Source: Vicugna vicugna
Taxonomy: Eukaryota
DNA length: 64,000 nucleotides
Reading direction: 5' to 3'
Assembly (NCBI GenBank): GCA_013265495.1
Contig: MU058139.1
Coordinates: forward strand, 124,001-188,000
Shown: positions 23,261 to 36,371 of the stretch, in pieces
How positions within the stretch are numbered: the stretch's first letter is position 1
How the letters are laid out: each line of letters opens with the position of its first letter
Program-made: the position numbers and the translations under genes
The notes under the pieces: generated by a model
Told to the model about the DNA's origin: nothing
The model's input: only the letters and a program-made list of their open reading frames with translations
Databases searched by the model: none

Positions 23261-25442
23261 ATTAAAAGTATTCTTTCTTTCAAAACCAGTCCTCTATTCC
23301 ACATCTCTACCATAGAGCTTGATCATGGTACTCAAGCTCTCAGGTCACAGCTTCATTTGCATTCTGACGGCATATAATACCGTCTCCTCTCTAGACTTCT
23401 CTCCTCCAGGACGAAGTTTGCATCTCACCTAGTTCTGTCTCCTCAGCATCTCTAATAAATAATTGTCCAATTAATCTGACTTGAATATGAATATGCTGAG
23501 TATCATAACAGAATCGTTATGTCTTTTCTGACTCGGGGAATTGTTGGAATAATTCTATCTATCAGCGTAAACAAAAATAGCATATTAGATGTTATAAGAA
23601 AAGTATTTCATGCCAGAATTGTGTATAACTCCTAGGGGATTGTTTATGCCTCCTCTAAACACAGGCTAGGAATTGTTGACAGAGCCTGATTTAGCAGTAC
23701 TTCTGTAATAAATATAGCCCAAGCCACTATTTAAAGGAAAAAAAAACATACAAAGGGACCAAGGCTTTGGTTTTTATAGATCTTAGAATAATGACACAGA
23801 AAAAGACTGAGAAGTGAGATCATCTCATCCGTCTTCCTGCCCTTGATGACAACATCTTCTATCTTCCCACAGATCTGTGTGGCACTTCCATTAACACATC
23901 CCTGGGGAGGATGGCCCCTTTGTAAGACATCAGCCTTGTTAAAATGCTCCTCCCATCATAAATCACAGCAGTGGACCAAAGCCTCCCATCGCCAGATCAA
24001 GGTGCCTCTGTGCGCTGCTTCTCTTTGTACCTCTCCAATGAAAAGTACAAGAGGCAGAGCTCCGTAGCTGCCAAGAATCCCTGAACCCTTCCTTCTCCCC
24101 TCCTCAGTGGCGACACGCTCAGTTGCTCTGTTCCTCTCATCAAACACAGAATATTGTTGCAAAAATGTACTTCCTCCCTTTCAAAAGATTGGAGTAGTGG
24201 TGATTTACCACCCACAATGCTGCAATCACTCTCAATGAAGTATTAATACAATCTGGCATTTTCTCCGATTATAGTATAAACATCATTTCATTGTCTTGTT
24301 CAGGGCATTTTAGGCGTCACCGAGTAGAACATTCATTTTGTTCTTTTCAGGTTACCTTGGAAAGGGATGTCAGGAGGGTTTACCCATGGTCCTCATCAAA
24401 GATAACCTCCACTTCACAGCTGTACACCTTCATGGAAATCAAGCTCAAATGTAGCCAGCGGGAAGTGCTGAAATCCTGGTGTCCAGAGCTTTGGGAGGTA
24501 GAGAGGGTTGTGTTGTGTTTCCTTACTGATTTTCGAGCCATTAATTCTAGCAGTTGATGTTTTCTCTGTTGTGTGTCCCATCCTTAACCAGTCCCTGTCT
24601 CCACAATGACTCCAGGCTCCCTAGTACATATTTTTCATCTTTCAGAATGTGTGACGTTAGCTCGAGTTAACATGTAGACTGTGTGTGTGTGTTCGTATGT
24701 TTGTACATGTCCCATTAGTACCCCTTTGCTCCTCATGTGAAGCTCTATCCTATATTACACTCCTCCCTCTGGTTGTGAATTTTCTGATTATATCCTCTTT
24801 GTGCAGAGATTATTATACTTAAAAAATCTGAAAAAAAAAAGCAAAGAAATCCTCCAAACTCTCAATGATATGTAACAAAATCTACCTTCTCAGGAAAATC
24901 TCTGCCAAGCCTGAATTATTCAAATGGTAATGATTAACTTCTAATTCTGTTTCCTTCTACTCAAAAGGGTAATTGCAATCATTGTAGTAATGAGCATGGA
25001 GACGAATGTCTGGATTATGTTCATTGAGTCAAGACCACATCACATTCAAAAAGTGCAGTTCCCTGCCACAGTGGATTTCATAATTTCCTGGAAGGTAATG
25101 CATCTCCCATGAAAAGAGCAAATGAATCATTTTGAATTTACATCAGTTTACAGAATTATTTTATGTAATCTTTCGTGGAAAATGAATAAACAACTGGAGC
25201 AATAATGTATTGTTCAGAAATTCTGTAGAAAATTACAAAAACTGGCATATGTAAATGTACCTTTCAAGCAATGTATATCCCTGAAAAAGACACTTGAGTT
25301 GTGTCACAAAGGTTGAAAAAGATCATTATATTCACAAATGTTTTCATTAGTGACTAAAAACACACTGATTCTACAGTGCTCTGTTTTAAACTGATATGAA
25401 ACTAGAAAGGGATTCAGGAAAGCACCAAAGCCAAACTGAAGC

Positions 25443-25982
25443 TGTAATAATAGAAAGAACAAATCTGACTCCATATTAGACCTGTTCCTTTGACTTTAAC
25501 CCTGCGTCCTGTTTCCTAGGCTCAGTCTTGCTAGCTCTGCACCTTTTGTAAAAGAATGTTGCCTAGAGCCTGAAATAAACAGGGGAGGCTATTCCCAAGG
25601 CTCTGACCTTTAAGGAAATTAACACTTTTGCATTTATATAGATAACAAGTTGCAGGATAGAAAATAACATTTGTTTTGTTACAGGTTTTACAGAGGCACC
25701 ATGACCTGACCCAGGTGGATGGCTGTAAGAACAAAGGATTCCAAGAACAAAAAAATCCCTACACCAAGAAATTTGCAACAATCAATCACACCCCCTCCCC
25801 TTTTTAGTATAAAAGGAGCCTGAATTCTAACTTGGGATAAAATGGCTCCCCAGGACATTAGTCAGCCACCTTCTTGGTCTGCCTGCTTTCCGAATAAAGC
25901 CACTATTCCTTACCCCAACATCTTGGCTTCCGATTAATTGGCTTGTCATGTGGCAAGCAGAACAAGTTTGGACTTGGTAACA
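25443..25982 (+). mobile_element. Solo ERV LTR (ERV1-like, possibly MER41-related)
   Basis: TG...CA ends; 4-bp TSD AAGC (25439-25442, 25983-25986); TATAAAA 25808-25814; AATAAA 25893-25898. Confidence 0.88.
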
Positions 25983-26770
25983 AAGCTATAAAATGAAATG
26001 GGGCTAGGACAGAGGGTATGAGACTCTTGTCATTCTTCCTCCAAAGCACCTCTCCAGTTCAACCTTTCTCCCCATTCTCACGACTCCTACACTGATCCAG
26101 CCCCTGCCCCTCCACATGAGTTTAGCTGACCTATCAGAAATACCACATAAGGCTTAGTTCTCTCAGGATACAAGAGCAGCTTCCCATTAAATAAAATGAT
26201 TAAATCAAAATTCTTCAACTTACCACTTAAGGCCTTTAATCAATGCCCCACCTTTACCCCACCACCTTTCTCTAAAATGATCCTCTTGGATTTATAGAAC
26301 CACCATATGTACAGTCTGCCTAGAGTGGGTTTTGGACCTCTTTCAGTTTGGTACATGCTATTTTCCTAAAAGTATATTAGTATATATTTTGTCCCATGTT
26401 GCCATACCCGTCTTTATAATGTCACTTTATTATAGTGCCTTAGATTTGCTCATCTGCCTTTCTTGCAAACCAGAGAAGGTCATGATCTTTACTTCTTTGA
26501 ATTTCCTTCATTGTTGAGGATGTCATATGTCTGGAATAAATCCGTACTAAGATTGTAAAACAATGGAATTCAGATGAAGCTAGTAGGAATGAAAAATAAA
26601 CCTTGGGATATAAAATAACAATTATAGGAATTATATTAATATGGAGTTGGGGTGCTCTCCAAGAATTTGGGGGGGTGATGTGGGGAAAAAAGGGCTAAAT
26701 AAAGTCTACACACTTAGCAGTATAATTTCCAGCAAACTTTCCTCATCCAGGTAGGAAACTAGAGTATTTT

Positions 26771-26790
26771 GTGTGTGTGTGTGTGTGTGT
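26771..26790. repeat. (GT)10 microsatellite
   Basis: Read directly. Confidence 0.95.
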
Positions 26791-27399
26791 ATCAAGAAAG
26801 TAAATGTCTCCAGGGGGAAAAAATACCTTTAAAAATTGACATTTGGTGTTCCCCAATGAAATTGCCAGCTTACAATTCAACCACTCCATGATAAAGTCTG
26901 CTATTTATGATCACCATCCATGCACACAGAGCTTACCATCCACTCTTTAGGGTCTTATTCTTAAATTTACATGTAAGGACTGATAGGTACACGAGGAAAG
27001 CCCCCAACATGGAATAGAAAGATCTAAACAAGCAAATAGGAGAAAAAGAACTTAGAGAAATCAGAGACCATGTGGTAAATAGAAGAAAACGTCAAAAAGC
27101 AGCTATCGTATTTTTAGAGTAATAGATGCTACAACATGAAGCAAGAGTTTTTAAAATTAAAAATATAATGCCAAAATTTTAAACATCTATAACTTTTAAA
27201 AATCTATAACTTTTAAAAGATAAGTACAAAGAATTTCTCAGAAAGTAGAACAAAAGAAGGTAAAGAGTTAGAAAATAGAAAAGGAAGTTATGGAAAATTA
27301 GAAGTTCAACCTAAGGAAAACAGAAAAATGGAAATACAGATGCACTGAGGGAGGCCACGTGACTCTCATCTTGAGTGAAGACGTCTTTACCCACTGGGT

Positions 27400-27535
27400 C
27401 AGGGATGGAGGGTCTTTGTAAAATGCAGATTTAGATTCAGGAGGTCCAAGGTTGAACCTGAGATTTTTGCATTTCTGACAATCTCCTAGATCATGCCTGT
27501 GCTGGGTGCATGGACCATGCTTTGAGTAGCAAGAC
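27400..27535. mobile_element. MER5-like hAT DNA transposon remnant
   Basis: aaatgcagatt...tgcatttctgacaa...ggaccatgctttgagtagcaag. Confidence 0.55.
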
Positions 27536-27726
27536 TGCAGTCGAAGCCATCTCTGGATCTTCTCCATTCCCACCAGGATTGGGAGCACAAGTCAGCAGGT
27601 CAACTTGAATTATTGATTAGCAATACACTGCACATGCAGATGGAGAAACAGAAGCCACCCTAATTCCATACACCACGTGTAACAGCTGCAACAAAGCAAA
27701 GCATATTTGCATGAACTTTGTTATAG

Positions 27727-28216
27727 CATTACTGAGTTCAAACTCCTGCTCGACACGTGACAGGCCAATAAATTGGGAGATGAGGTGTTGGGGCAACGAA
27801 TAGCGACTTCATTCAGAAAGCAGGCAGACCGAGAAGATGGCAGACTAATGTCCTGGAGAACCCTCTTCCCCCAAGTCAGAATTCAAGCTCCTTTTATACT
27901 AAAAAGTGTCTTTGTGTCAGAATCCTTTGTTCTTGCAGCTGTCCACATGCTCAGGTCATGGTGTCCCTGTAAACCTCCAACAAAACAAACATTATTTTCT
28001 ATTCTGCAGCTTGTTACCTTTATATGAACGAAAAAGTGTTCATATCCTTAAAGGTCACAGCCTTGAGAATAGGCTCTCCTGTATATTTCAGGCTCTAGGC
28101 AATGCTTTTTTACAAAAGGTGCAGAATCAGCAAGACTAAACCTAGAAAACAGAGCACAGGGTTTGAGCCAAAGGAAGAGATCAAATGTGGAGACACATTT
28201 GTACTTTTCTATTACA
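27727..28216 (-). mobile_element. Solo ERV LTR, same family as 25443-25982, inverted
   Basis: Reverse complement aligns by eye with the first LTR; 4-bp TSD ATAG (27723-27726, 28217-28220); minus-strand TATAAAA at 27892-27898. Confidence 0.88.
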
Positions 28217-30259
28217 ATAGATACAAAAGAGAGTAAAGGCTGATAAGTGGAAATCAAGTGTACAGTAGACCTCATGACAAATTTAAGAAATGTAAACATC
28301 ATTGATATTATCAGTGTTCAGAATTAATAATTTTTTTAGTGGATGCAAAAAAAACATGTATAAAGGCTTTCTTTGGTGTATCGTCACATGCAGTCCCCTC
28401 CCCCAGCACAGAGCCGCTCCCAGAGCAAACCTCCCTTTCTCTGTTTCCTCAGCTTCACCTCGAGGAAGAGTTTGTTTCCTTTGGGCTGTCTTCTCTTGGA
28501 GACTCTGGGATTTAAATTTAATCTTGCTTTCCACTCATCCACATGGAGGTCTTCCTTGCTTCCTGGAGCCACCATGCCTGGTTCCCAGACATCAGTTTGT
28601 TTTTGCCTCCCGTCCCTGCAGCAGGTGAACTATCACCTTCACTCAAAATCCCGAGTGCATGTCTCTGTTCTGGAATCCTCTTCTACAAAAGGGGAGATTG
28701 GGCACCCCTGATTTTCCTTGCACCCAAGATTTTTAAGTCAGTAGAGGATTCTTCTATTATTTCTTGCTTTAAGAAACCCAAGTCCAAGTGGTGGAAGAGG
28801 AGAGTTATTTACATGATAACCACAGTTTATCCTTAGTGGACACTTACTGTATGCCAGAGACCAAATGTGCTAAACATGTTGTATACCTTCAGTGATGTCA
28901 TTATCTTCCTGCTGATGAAGAAGCAGGGTCACGTGGTCAGAAAGTGATGGAGCTGGGTTTTCAACCCAAATGAATGAGCTTCCAAGCCCACATTCTTACC
29001 CTCAGCCCAATGATCTCCCCTAGACCTGATGCTGGAGGGCAAGATCTGCAATGGTTCCACTTTGTATTCCTGTCCTTTTGTAGAACGGCTAATATGTAAA
29101 GGGCATATAAAGAGTATTTGTGGAATGCATTTTGAATTCAGGAGGAAACAGGAGCTTTGCCAGTCAATGAAAGATGGGATTTCAAGTCTATAACATGTTT
29201 ACTCAAGAAGGAGAGAGGGGAGATTATTCACCTTCTAAGTCTGAAGGTCATGGATTCTAAAATGATTTTAACTTGTCTTTGCTGAAGAAATTCCAACTAA
29301 GGCAGGTAAAACGAATGAGTGATAATGCTGTGGAAACAGCAATTGATTTTTATATCGCTTCCACCGGGTCATCATCTGCAGACTGTCTGATCTGTCTATT
29401 GATCTCAGCCTGAGCTGAGCAGGTGAGCTGGATGGAATGGTCCCTAACTTGTCACCCAAAGTCAGCGAGACCTTGAAAGAATATTTCTTCATTTTCTTTC
29501 TAACACGAGGGATGATTAGGAATTGGATGGCAAGACTGGGAGCACAGAAATTACTTTGTGTAATAATAAACCCATTAGTAAAACAGGAAAATTATGTTTT
29601 TAGAAAAAGGACGTTTTTATGGAAATCATGCCTGAGACATCTTTTATTGCACTAAAGGATTTGCTGAGTGCAGTGATTTTTAGGAACAAAGAACTATGAA
29701 AAGAGTCATGTTCAAAACTCAGAGTTGAACTGTCCTTTGAGTTGGAAGATTCTAACTCATCCTATTGCATCCTGTTCTTAAATTTGACAAATAGTTTCCT
29801 GAGTCAAGATCTTCCCCCACCTCCATACCAAATTGTTAAGCTTTTAAACATACCTTGGACTAATGTAACTTAAAAAAAAATGTATTCAACTTGAAATAAC
29901 ATTGTGGTATGACACCCATTTCTTAAACAACAAAGTAACAAAAAATTCTTCACTTGACGGCAGTCTCCCCTCAAGAAAACAGCAGCTTGCCAGCTATTTC
30001 TCCTATTTTTGTTGTTGTGGTTGAATAGAACAGATGTAAAACAGAATTACATTTCTCCATAGTATCAAACTGCAGAGCCTTATTTCAGGGAGTAGTTTAA
30101 CATAGATACTGTCTAAAATTTTAAGTGGCACTTTAATGTTTTTTCACAGACTATTTTCTACATTTTTGAAATCAATGAGTCTACATGCGAAAGCATCCTT
30201 TTATTTGACAGGTTCTATAGCAACCAATTTCCATCCCATCTTCCTAAGTCTGGTTTCAA

Positions 30260-31540
30260 TTTTCTTTTAATTGCAAAATACATGTAACATAAAATCGACC
30301 ATTTTAGTCATTTTTAAAGTTCAGTGCCATTACACATTCACATTGTTGTGCAGCCATCACCACTATCTAGACCCAGAACTTTTTTTTTTGTCTGAAACTC
30401 TGTACCCATTAAACAATAATTCACCATTCTCTCTTCCCCTGACCATCAGCCTTGTACACCACTGTTCTACTTTATGTCTCTATGAATCTGAATACTTTAG
30501 ATTCTTCATATGAGTAGAATCATCCAGTATTTGTCCTTTTGTGACTGACTTATTTCACTTAGCATAATGTCTTTAAGGTTCACCCATGTTGTAGCATGTG
30601 TCAGAGTTTCCTTCCTTTTTAAAGGCTGAATAATATTCCATTGCATGTATGTAACACATTTTGTTTTACCATTCATTATCTGTCAACGGACACTTGGCTT
30701 GCTTCCATATTTTGGCTATTGTAAATGATGCTGCTATGAACATAGGTGTACAAATATCTCTGAGTCCTGGTTTTCAACTCTGGTTATATACCCAAAAGTA
30801 GAATTGCTGGATCATATGGTAATTCTATGTTTACTTTTCTGAGGAACTGCCGTACTCTTTGACAGTGACTGCACCATTTTACATTCTCACCAACAGTGCA
30901 CAAGGGTTCCAGTTTTTTCTCATCCTCACCAACATTTGTTGTTTTCTGCTTTTGTTTGTTTGACAGTAGCCATCCTGTGAGTGCAAAATGGTACCCCATT
31001 GTGGGTTTGATTTGCATTTCTCTAATGATTAGTGATGCTGAGCATCTTTTCATGTACCATTTAGCCATTTGTGTATCTTCTCTGAAAAAATGTTGATTTT
31101 CTTTGCCCATTTCTTAACTGGATTATTTGTTTTTTTGCTATTGAATTGTGGGGATTCTTTATATATTCTGCATATTAGCCTCTTATCATATATATGATTT
31201 GCAAAATGTTCTTGCCATTCTGTGAGTTGCCTTTTCAATCCGTTGACAGTGTCCTTTAATATACAAAAGCTTTACATTTTGAAGTAGTCCAATATATCTA
31301 TTTTTTTTTCTCTTTTGTTGCCTGTGCTGTTGGTATCATATTCAAGAAATCATTGCTGAATCCATTGTCATGAATCTTTTCCCCTATGTTTTTTTCCAAA
31401 GAGCGTTACAGTTTTAATTCCTATTATTTAGGTATTTGATTCCTTTTGAGTTACTTTTTGTATCTAATGTAAAGTCAGGGTCCAACTTCATTCTTTTGCA
31501 TATGGACATCCACTTTTCCCAGTAGCAATTGTTGAAAGGT
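30260..31540 (-). mobile_element. L1 (L1MB-like) 3' end just upstream of the CUBN promoter
   Basis: Minus ORF 30784-31110 ([16 protein letters not shown]...[13 protein letters not shown]) is the ORF2p C-terminus. Confidence 0.9.
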
Positions 31541-31589
31541 GGCTACTTCTTAAGCAAGGATCATTTTAGTGGATGTTTCCAAAGCAGTC

Positions 31590-31875
31590 TGTTACTGTTT
31601 CAAAGGTCAAACAGATAATGATTAAGTTGTGCATCACTCAGAGATAGATTTTGACCCCTCACAAGTTGAAGAGTACTGAAGATCTAAGATCATTTACATC
31701 CCCAAGGAAGAAAAAGTAACTTAGCCTTCTAGGGCAAAGAAGAAAGAACTGAAAAGTTGCAGGACGTTCCACAGGGCAAAGTACGTCTGCTTGGCTTGCT
31801 TTCTCCAAACTCCCATGCTCAGTTGGTTGGAGTGGCCTCCCTCCTACCTGACAACCTAGGAGGCTGGTGGGGAAC
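31590..31875 (+). promoter_or_regulatory. CUBN: CUBN proximal promoter / 5'UTR with HNF4-, HNF1- and GATA-like motifs
   Basis: CAAAGGTCA 31601-31609; GATAATGATTAAG 31614-31626 overlapping AGATAA; AGGGCAAAGTACG 31773-31785; TSS not determinable. Confidence 0.55.
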
Positions 31876-31988
31876 ATGTCCTCACCTCCTCTTTGGAGTC
31901 TGGTTATTCTGTTGACATTTGCTGAATCTTACAGTGAAGCTGGAGGACTTGCGCTGCAGAGACAAAAAAGAAATACTGACCTCGAACA
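31876..31988 (+). CDS. CUBN: Cubilin exon 1 (signal peptide, furin site RQKR 31960-31971)
   Basis: MSSPPLWSLVILLTFAESYSEAGGLALQRQKRNTDLE(Q); donor CA|gtaagt. Confidence 0.93.
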
Positions 31989-32379
31989 GTAAGTAGACAC
32001 AAGGATTATTCCTGCTAATGAACTAGGGTAGTTTCTCATCAGTTTTCACAAAGAGCCTGATAACCAAAGGTGTAATTTCTCTCAAGGAAAACAATAATGT
32101 TAAAAACAAATCGGAAAAAAAACAGTCGGACTGATGTATGGAATTCTCTTTTTATACACAAACTATTTATCATTTTGCAAATAAGGCGAGTATGCAATTA
32201 CTAGGAGATGTCTCCAGGAAATTTGTGAAGAAAGTAATGGCAGGTCAGCGGGGGGGATTTGGTTCAGTAGACTAGAAAGCAAAGATGTATGCAGTCTACA
32301 CTTAATCAGGGAGAAACTTTGTTCTTTAGACTTAAAAACTATATATGATAATTCCTGTGGCATTCTCTGGTTTACATAG

Positions 32380-32509
32380 GCCTCGGATAGCTGCAGAGAG
32401 GGGAAACTTAGTGTTTGTTACTGGATCTGCTCAAAACATTGAATTTAGAACTGGATCCCTGGGAAAAATTAAATTAAATGATGAAGACGTTGGCGAATGT
32501 TTGCATCAG
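32380..32509 (+). CDS. CUBN: Cubilin exon 2
   Basis: [47 protein letters not shown] flanks. Confidence 0.96.
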
Positions 32510-32924
32510 GTAATACATTGGAAATATATTGAGGTAGTTTTGTATATTCTTATATGGTTAGTTGATTGAATGGGTCTATGTGAATCTGTATTTTGAATCT
32601 TTAGCTCGGGGAACATAGTTGGAGGTGAGACAAGTCCTTGTAAAAACCAGTGCCCTAGGGTTAATAGTGGGTAGAGGGCATGGCTAATGGCTCATGGTGT
32701 AGATTGACGTACTTAGTCCAGAGAAGGTACAGATGGTAATACTGAGACCTCTTTACAAGGGGAGCAAAGATGGAGGGGGACCACAGACAGGTGTGGATGT
32801 GACCAGTTTACTTTTGCCACAGAACAGAATTGGCTAATTATTTTCCTGCCTTATTGAGTGTTTTTAGTGCTCATTATTTACTACATTACGTGGCGTATCA
32901 GTCATAATGTTAGGAGCAAACCTT

Positions 32925-33150
32925 TAGAGCTTCTTATGGGCTGTCCACTGTGCCGAGTACTTTACGTGCATAATCTAGCTCATCTAACCCTCAAGGCTGC
33001 CCTATGAGGTTGGCTTTATTGTTACCCCGTGTATAAGGCAGATAGAAGGGTTCTGCAGCAGCTCGGTAACTTGCCCAGGGACATGTGTCAGATGGCTGAG
33101 CCAAAATTGAAAACCCCAGCAGTCTGATTCCAAGCCAGACCTCTTACCAA
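32925..33150 (-). mobile_element. MIR SINE
   Basis: tactttacgtgcataatc...ccctatgaggttgg...ggtaacttgcccagg. Confidence 0.65.
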
Positions 33151-33434
33151 GGATACTAAACTGTTATTATGGGGAAAATGCAAATGGAAAATTCCTTAAT
33201 ATATTGTTACTGAAAGGGTAAATGGAACTATGTCTTGGCTATTTTAGTCAGAAGTTTATTATACATGGCTTTGTTCTGATTTTTATAATAATGGATAAGA
33301 CCTTAGAGCTTAACATAGAATATACTCAAATTTAAAAATTTTATTCTTATATATGTGGTTTTTTTCACTAGCATTCTCTTCCTCCTCCTTCACCTTTTCA
33401 GCCTTCTTTTTCTTCTTCTTATTTTGAAAATTAG

Positions 33435-33530
33435 ATCCAGAAGAACAAAGATGATATTACAGATTTAAAAAGGGGTACAGTTGGTCTGCCTCAAAATATT
33501 TCTAGTCAAATCCATCAGCTTGATTCCAAG
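33435..33530 (+). CDS. CUBN: Cubilin exon 3 (N-terminal coiled-coil region)
   Basis: [36 protein letters not shown] flanks. Confidence 0.95.
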
Positions 33531-34082
33531 GTAAGTCTGAGGACCTCATCAGTAGAGCAAATGAGTTCTCCTTAAGGCAACATTGTAAGTAACCATTCTG
33601 CAGCAGATATACCAACTCTGCATCCTCTTTAGAAAAGTGGTGTTAAGTATGGGCTTTTTGGTTGAATGACCCAGCTCTCATAGAGGACGTAGAGGTGGTG
33701 ATGGGCAGAGGCTGGAAACGCCGCGACACGAGCTTGTTGCAGAAGTGGCTCTTGCTCCATGTTCTAATAGACGCCTTCCTATTGGTGAGGTGGGTGGATC
33801 CCTGTCACTTAGGAAAATTCCCAGAGTCACCATGTGCAGAGAAGCAACAAATCAACTTATCAATGGGTTGCACTTCTTTTAGAAAAGAATCCAGGCTAAT
33901 GGAAGAGAGTAGGAAGGAAATGAGATGAGAGGGCAAAGAGTAGGGAACAGTCAATGAGAAAAGGAACAAACAGATAAAGTGAGTCCCCAGCAGAGGGTTG
34001 CAGGAAAATATGTCACCGGTGTCACAGGGTAACGCTGCATGGGAACTACAGCTAACGAATGTTTTCTTCTCCGCCCTGCCAG

Positions 34083-34121
34083 CTTGTGGATCTGGAGAGA
34101 AAGTTTCAGAGCTTACGGCAG
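34083..34121 (+). CDS. CUBN: Cubilin exon 4 (39 bp)
   Basis: LVDLERKFQSLRQ; ccag / gtaagt. Confidence 0.93.
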
Positions 34122-36284
34122 GTAAGTCCCATTACTGCAAGGTACCTAACCCCTTTCACTGGAGACACACTAGAATTGGTGGTGGAGTTTGTATCCTTTT
34201 CTTAAGGTGAATGGATGATCAATACTAAGGACTTTGCTTTTCCCATAATTTAATCCTCATCACAGTTTATGCTTCCCAGGATGCTCAGGATGAGGAAACT
34301 GAGTCTTGAGAGACTCAGGTGCTGAGGTCACTGGGCATGTGAAGTCCTCTGCCTCTGAGTTCAGCAGTCCACACGCTCATCCTCTTAAATGTCCCTTTTT
34401 AACCATGTTATCGTGGGCGTCTGTAGGCTAAAGCTGGTCAGCGAGTGGGCACCCAACTTGGCCGATGCTGGCAACAAGGACTCAGTTTTGAAAGGCCACA
34501 TATTTTCTCTAACATTCAACTCAGAAGTCTAGGGTGTATCTCTGAATGGTCCAAATCTTCTTAGAAGTATATTGGCTGGTAGTTAACTTTGAACAATTTC
34601 TTAGAACGAACCTTCCATAACTTGACTACGTACTTGTAAACCGGTCCTTATAATTTCAGACTTCTTACCCCTTGCGCAGGGAGCTGGCATTTTTAAGACT
34701 TTCACGGAAGCTATAATATTCCACACAGAGAAAAGCATAGAATGTCCCGATGTTTCAAAGTTTGGATAAAAGTAAGGAGATTCCAGGTTAAGGATTCCAG
34801 TACTCTGAATATTCTTGGTCTGTTTTTGATTCTGTTTCAAATGTCATCCTCTACTTTGGTGTTTTTAAATTTGGTCAGCAAGGTCATGTACTCTTTCTCC
34901 TAGTTTTGATAACAAATTACCCTTTTAGCCTTTATCATTGCAGGAGGTAGTTGACTAGCAAGACGCTGCACTTGAGTTTTTGGTCTCCTAGAGTGCTTCT
35001 TTATTCCTACCAAAGGGCAAGAGCTGCAGGCCAAGGTCAAGTTAGCTCAGAATGTCCTCCCTCTCCCCACCCCCCCCAGGAAGAGCTGTTAATGATTTTT
35101 GAATGTAAGTGCCTTCAGGCCTTTGGATGGGGCAAGTGGTCTCTGGGTACTCCAGTCCCCACCACTCCCCTACTGTCTTCCTCGTGGCTGCTCACGGATT
35201 CCACTTCCTGCTGGGCCTCCAAAGGCTTCTGAGTTTTTAACCCCCAGGCAGTGTTGTTTTGTCCACCAGAAAAACCTCCAATGAATTTGTGGTTCATTTT
35301 CTTAACGGTATCCTTTGATGCTCAGGGTTACTTGTGCTACTGGCACAAAGATAGACAGATTAAGGGAAGAAAACAGAATCTAGAAAGAGGACCCCCATTC
35401 TACCACGCATGGTTACTTGACTTCTTACAAAGGTGGGGGAGAATGGCCTTTGCAGTAAATGGTGCTGAGTCAGTCTGCTGCCCTCTGCCCTCAGTTTCAT
35501 CTGCAAATGAAGGGAAAGACTTGATTTTTCTCTGAGTAACCAAACAGTAAAAAAAAAAAAGTAAAGAATAATTTGCCCTTATTTTAATTTTTAAAACAGA
35601 GAATTAGACTGAGATTAGGTGAAATTAATAGGATAGCTTTTCTTGCAAAATCACTTATCTTCTCTGAAGAAGTTCTCCCTGTCCTGAAGCATCAAAGGTC
35701 TTACAAGATGGGAACTGGAAGCTGACATATGGCAGGATTCCCCAGGATCCACAGACAAAGGCGGGTCTGTTTGTGACTCTGGTCTGAAAGCAGTCATGTG
35801 AGCTCGGGATTGCAGGGTGCATCTAAGCCGCAGGCCACATTGCGAACAAAGAGGCTTGGACTGAAAAGGGTTCAGTTATCTTAACCCAGGGAGGAGGGGT
35901 GGCAGCAAAAGATGATCATATTTCAAATGCTTATCTGGAGGCACCAGAGATAAAAACAACAGCAGACGCAGCAGCATTTCCATTTCACTTTCTTAGCACA
36001 ATAGAAATGTCCATGTGATTTCCACACCTGAAGTCTTTACTCTTGCCCACCAATGGATGTGTGTTGGGTGAACAATGCTTTCCCAAAGAATGGATGGGAA
36101 TCCTGGCTCCTCCCTCATGCCCCATCCCATCCGTGCTTAAATACATGTAAACAGCAAAGAAATCTGAATAGGATGGATGATATTAAATGCTTTTTGTTGT
36201 TTCAAAGAGGGTGGATTTGAAGAACTTAAGCAATTGATTTAAAATTTGGAAGAAGAACCTCAGTTGACTAGGAGTCAAATGTAG

Positions 36285-36371
36285 GGTGTTTTTTTTCCTT
36301 ATATGTATATATTTTTATTGAAGTGTAGTCAGTTTACACTGTTGTGTCAATTTCTGCTGTACAGCACAATG
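36285..36371 (-). mobile_element. Tiny 5'-truncated young L1 3' end
   Basis: tttttattgaagtgtagtcagtttacactgttgtgtcaatttctgctgtacagc; flanking repeat CAAATGTAG at 36276-36284 and 36372-36380. Confidence 0.75.

Noticed and set aside
27185..27218. 17-bp tandem duplication ATCTATAACTTTTAAAA x2
   Set aside because: Real, but an ordinary slippage event in A-rich decayed repeat sequence.
25443..28216. Single provirus or DNA transposon with long terminal inverted repeats
   Set aside because: Each LTR has its own distinct TSD, the orientations are opposite, and no gag/pol or transposase lies between them.
31867..31875. Apparent loss of the upstream Met codons of human CUBN (GTG GGG AAC before the ATG)
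   Set aside because: ATG 31876 has good context and gives a full signal peptide, so it is not a defect.
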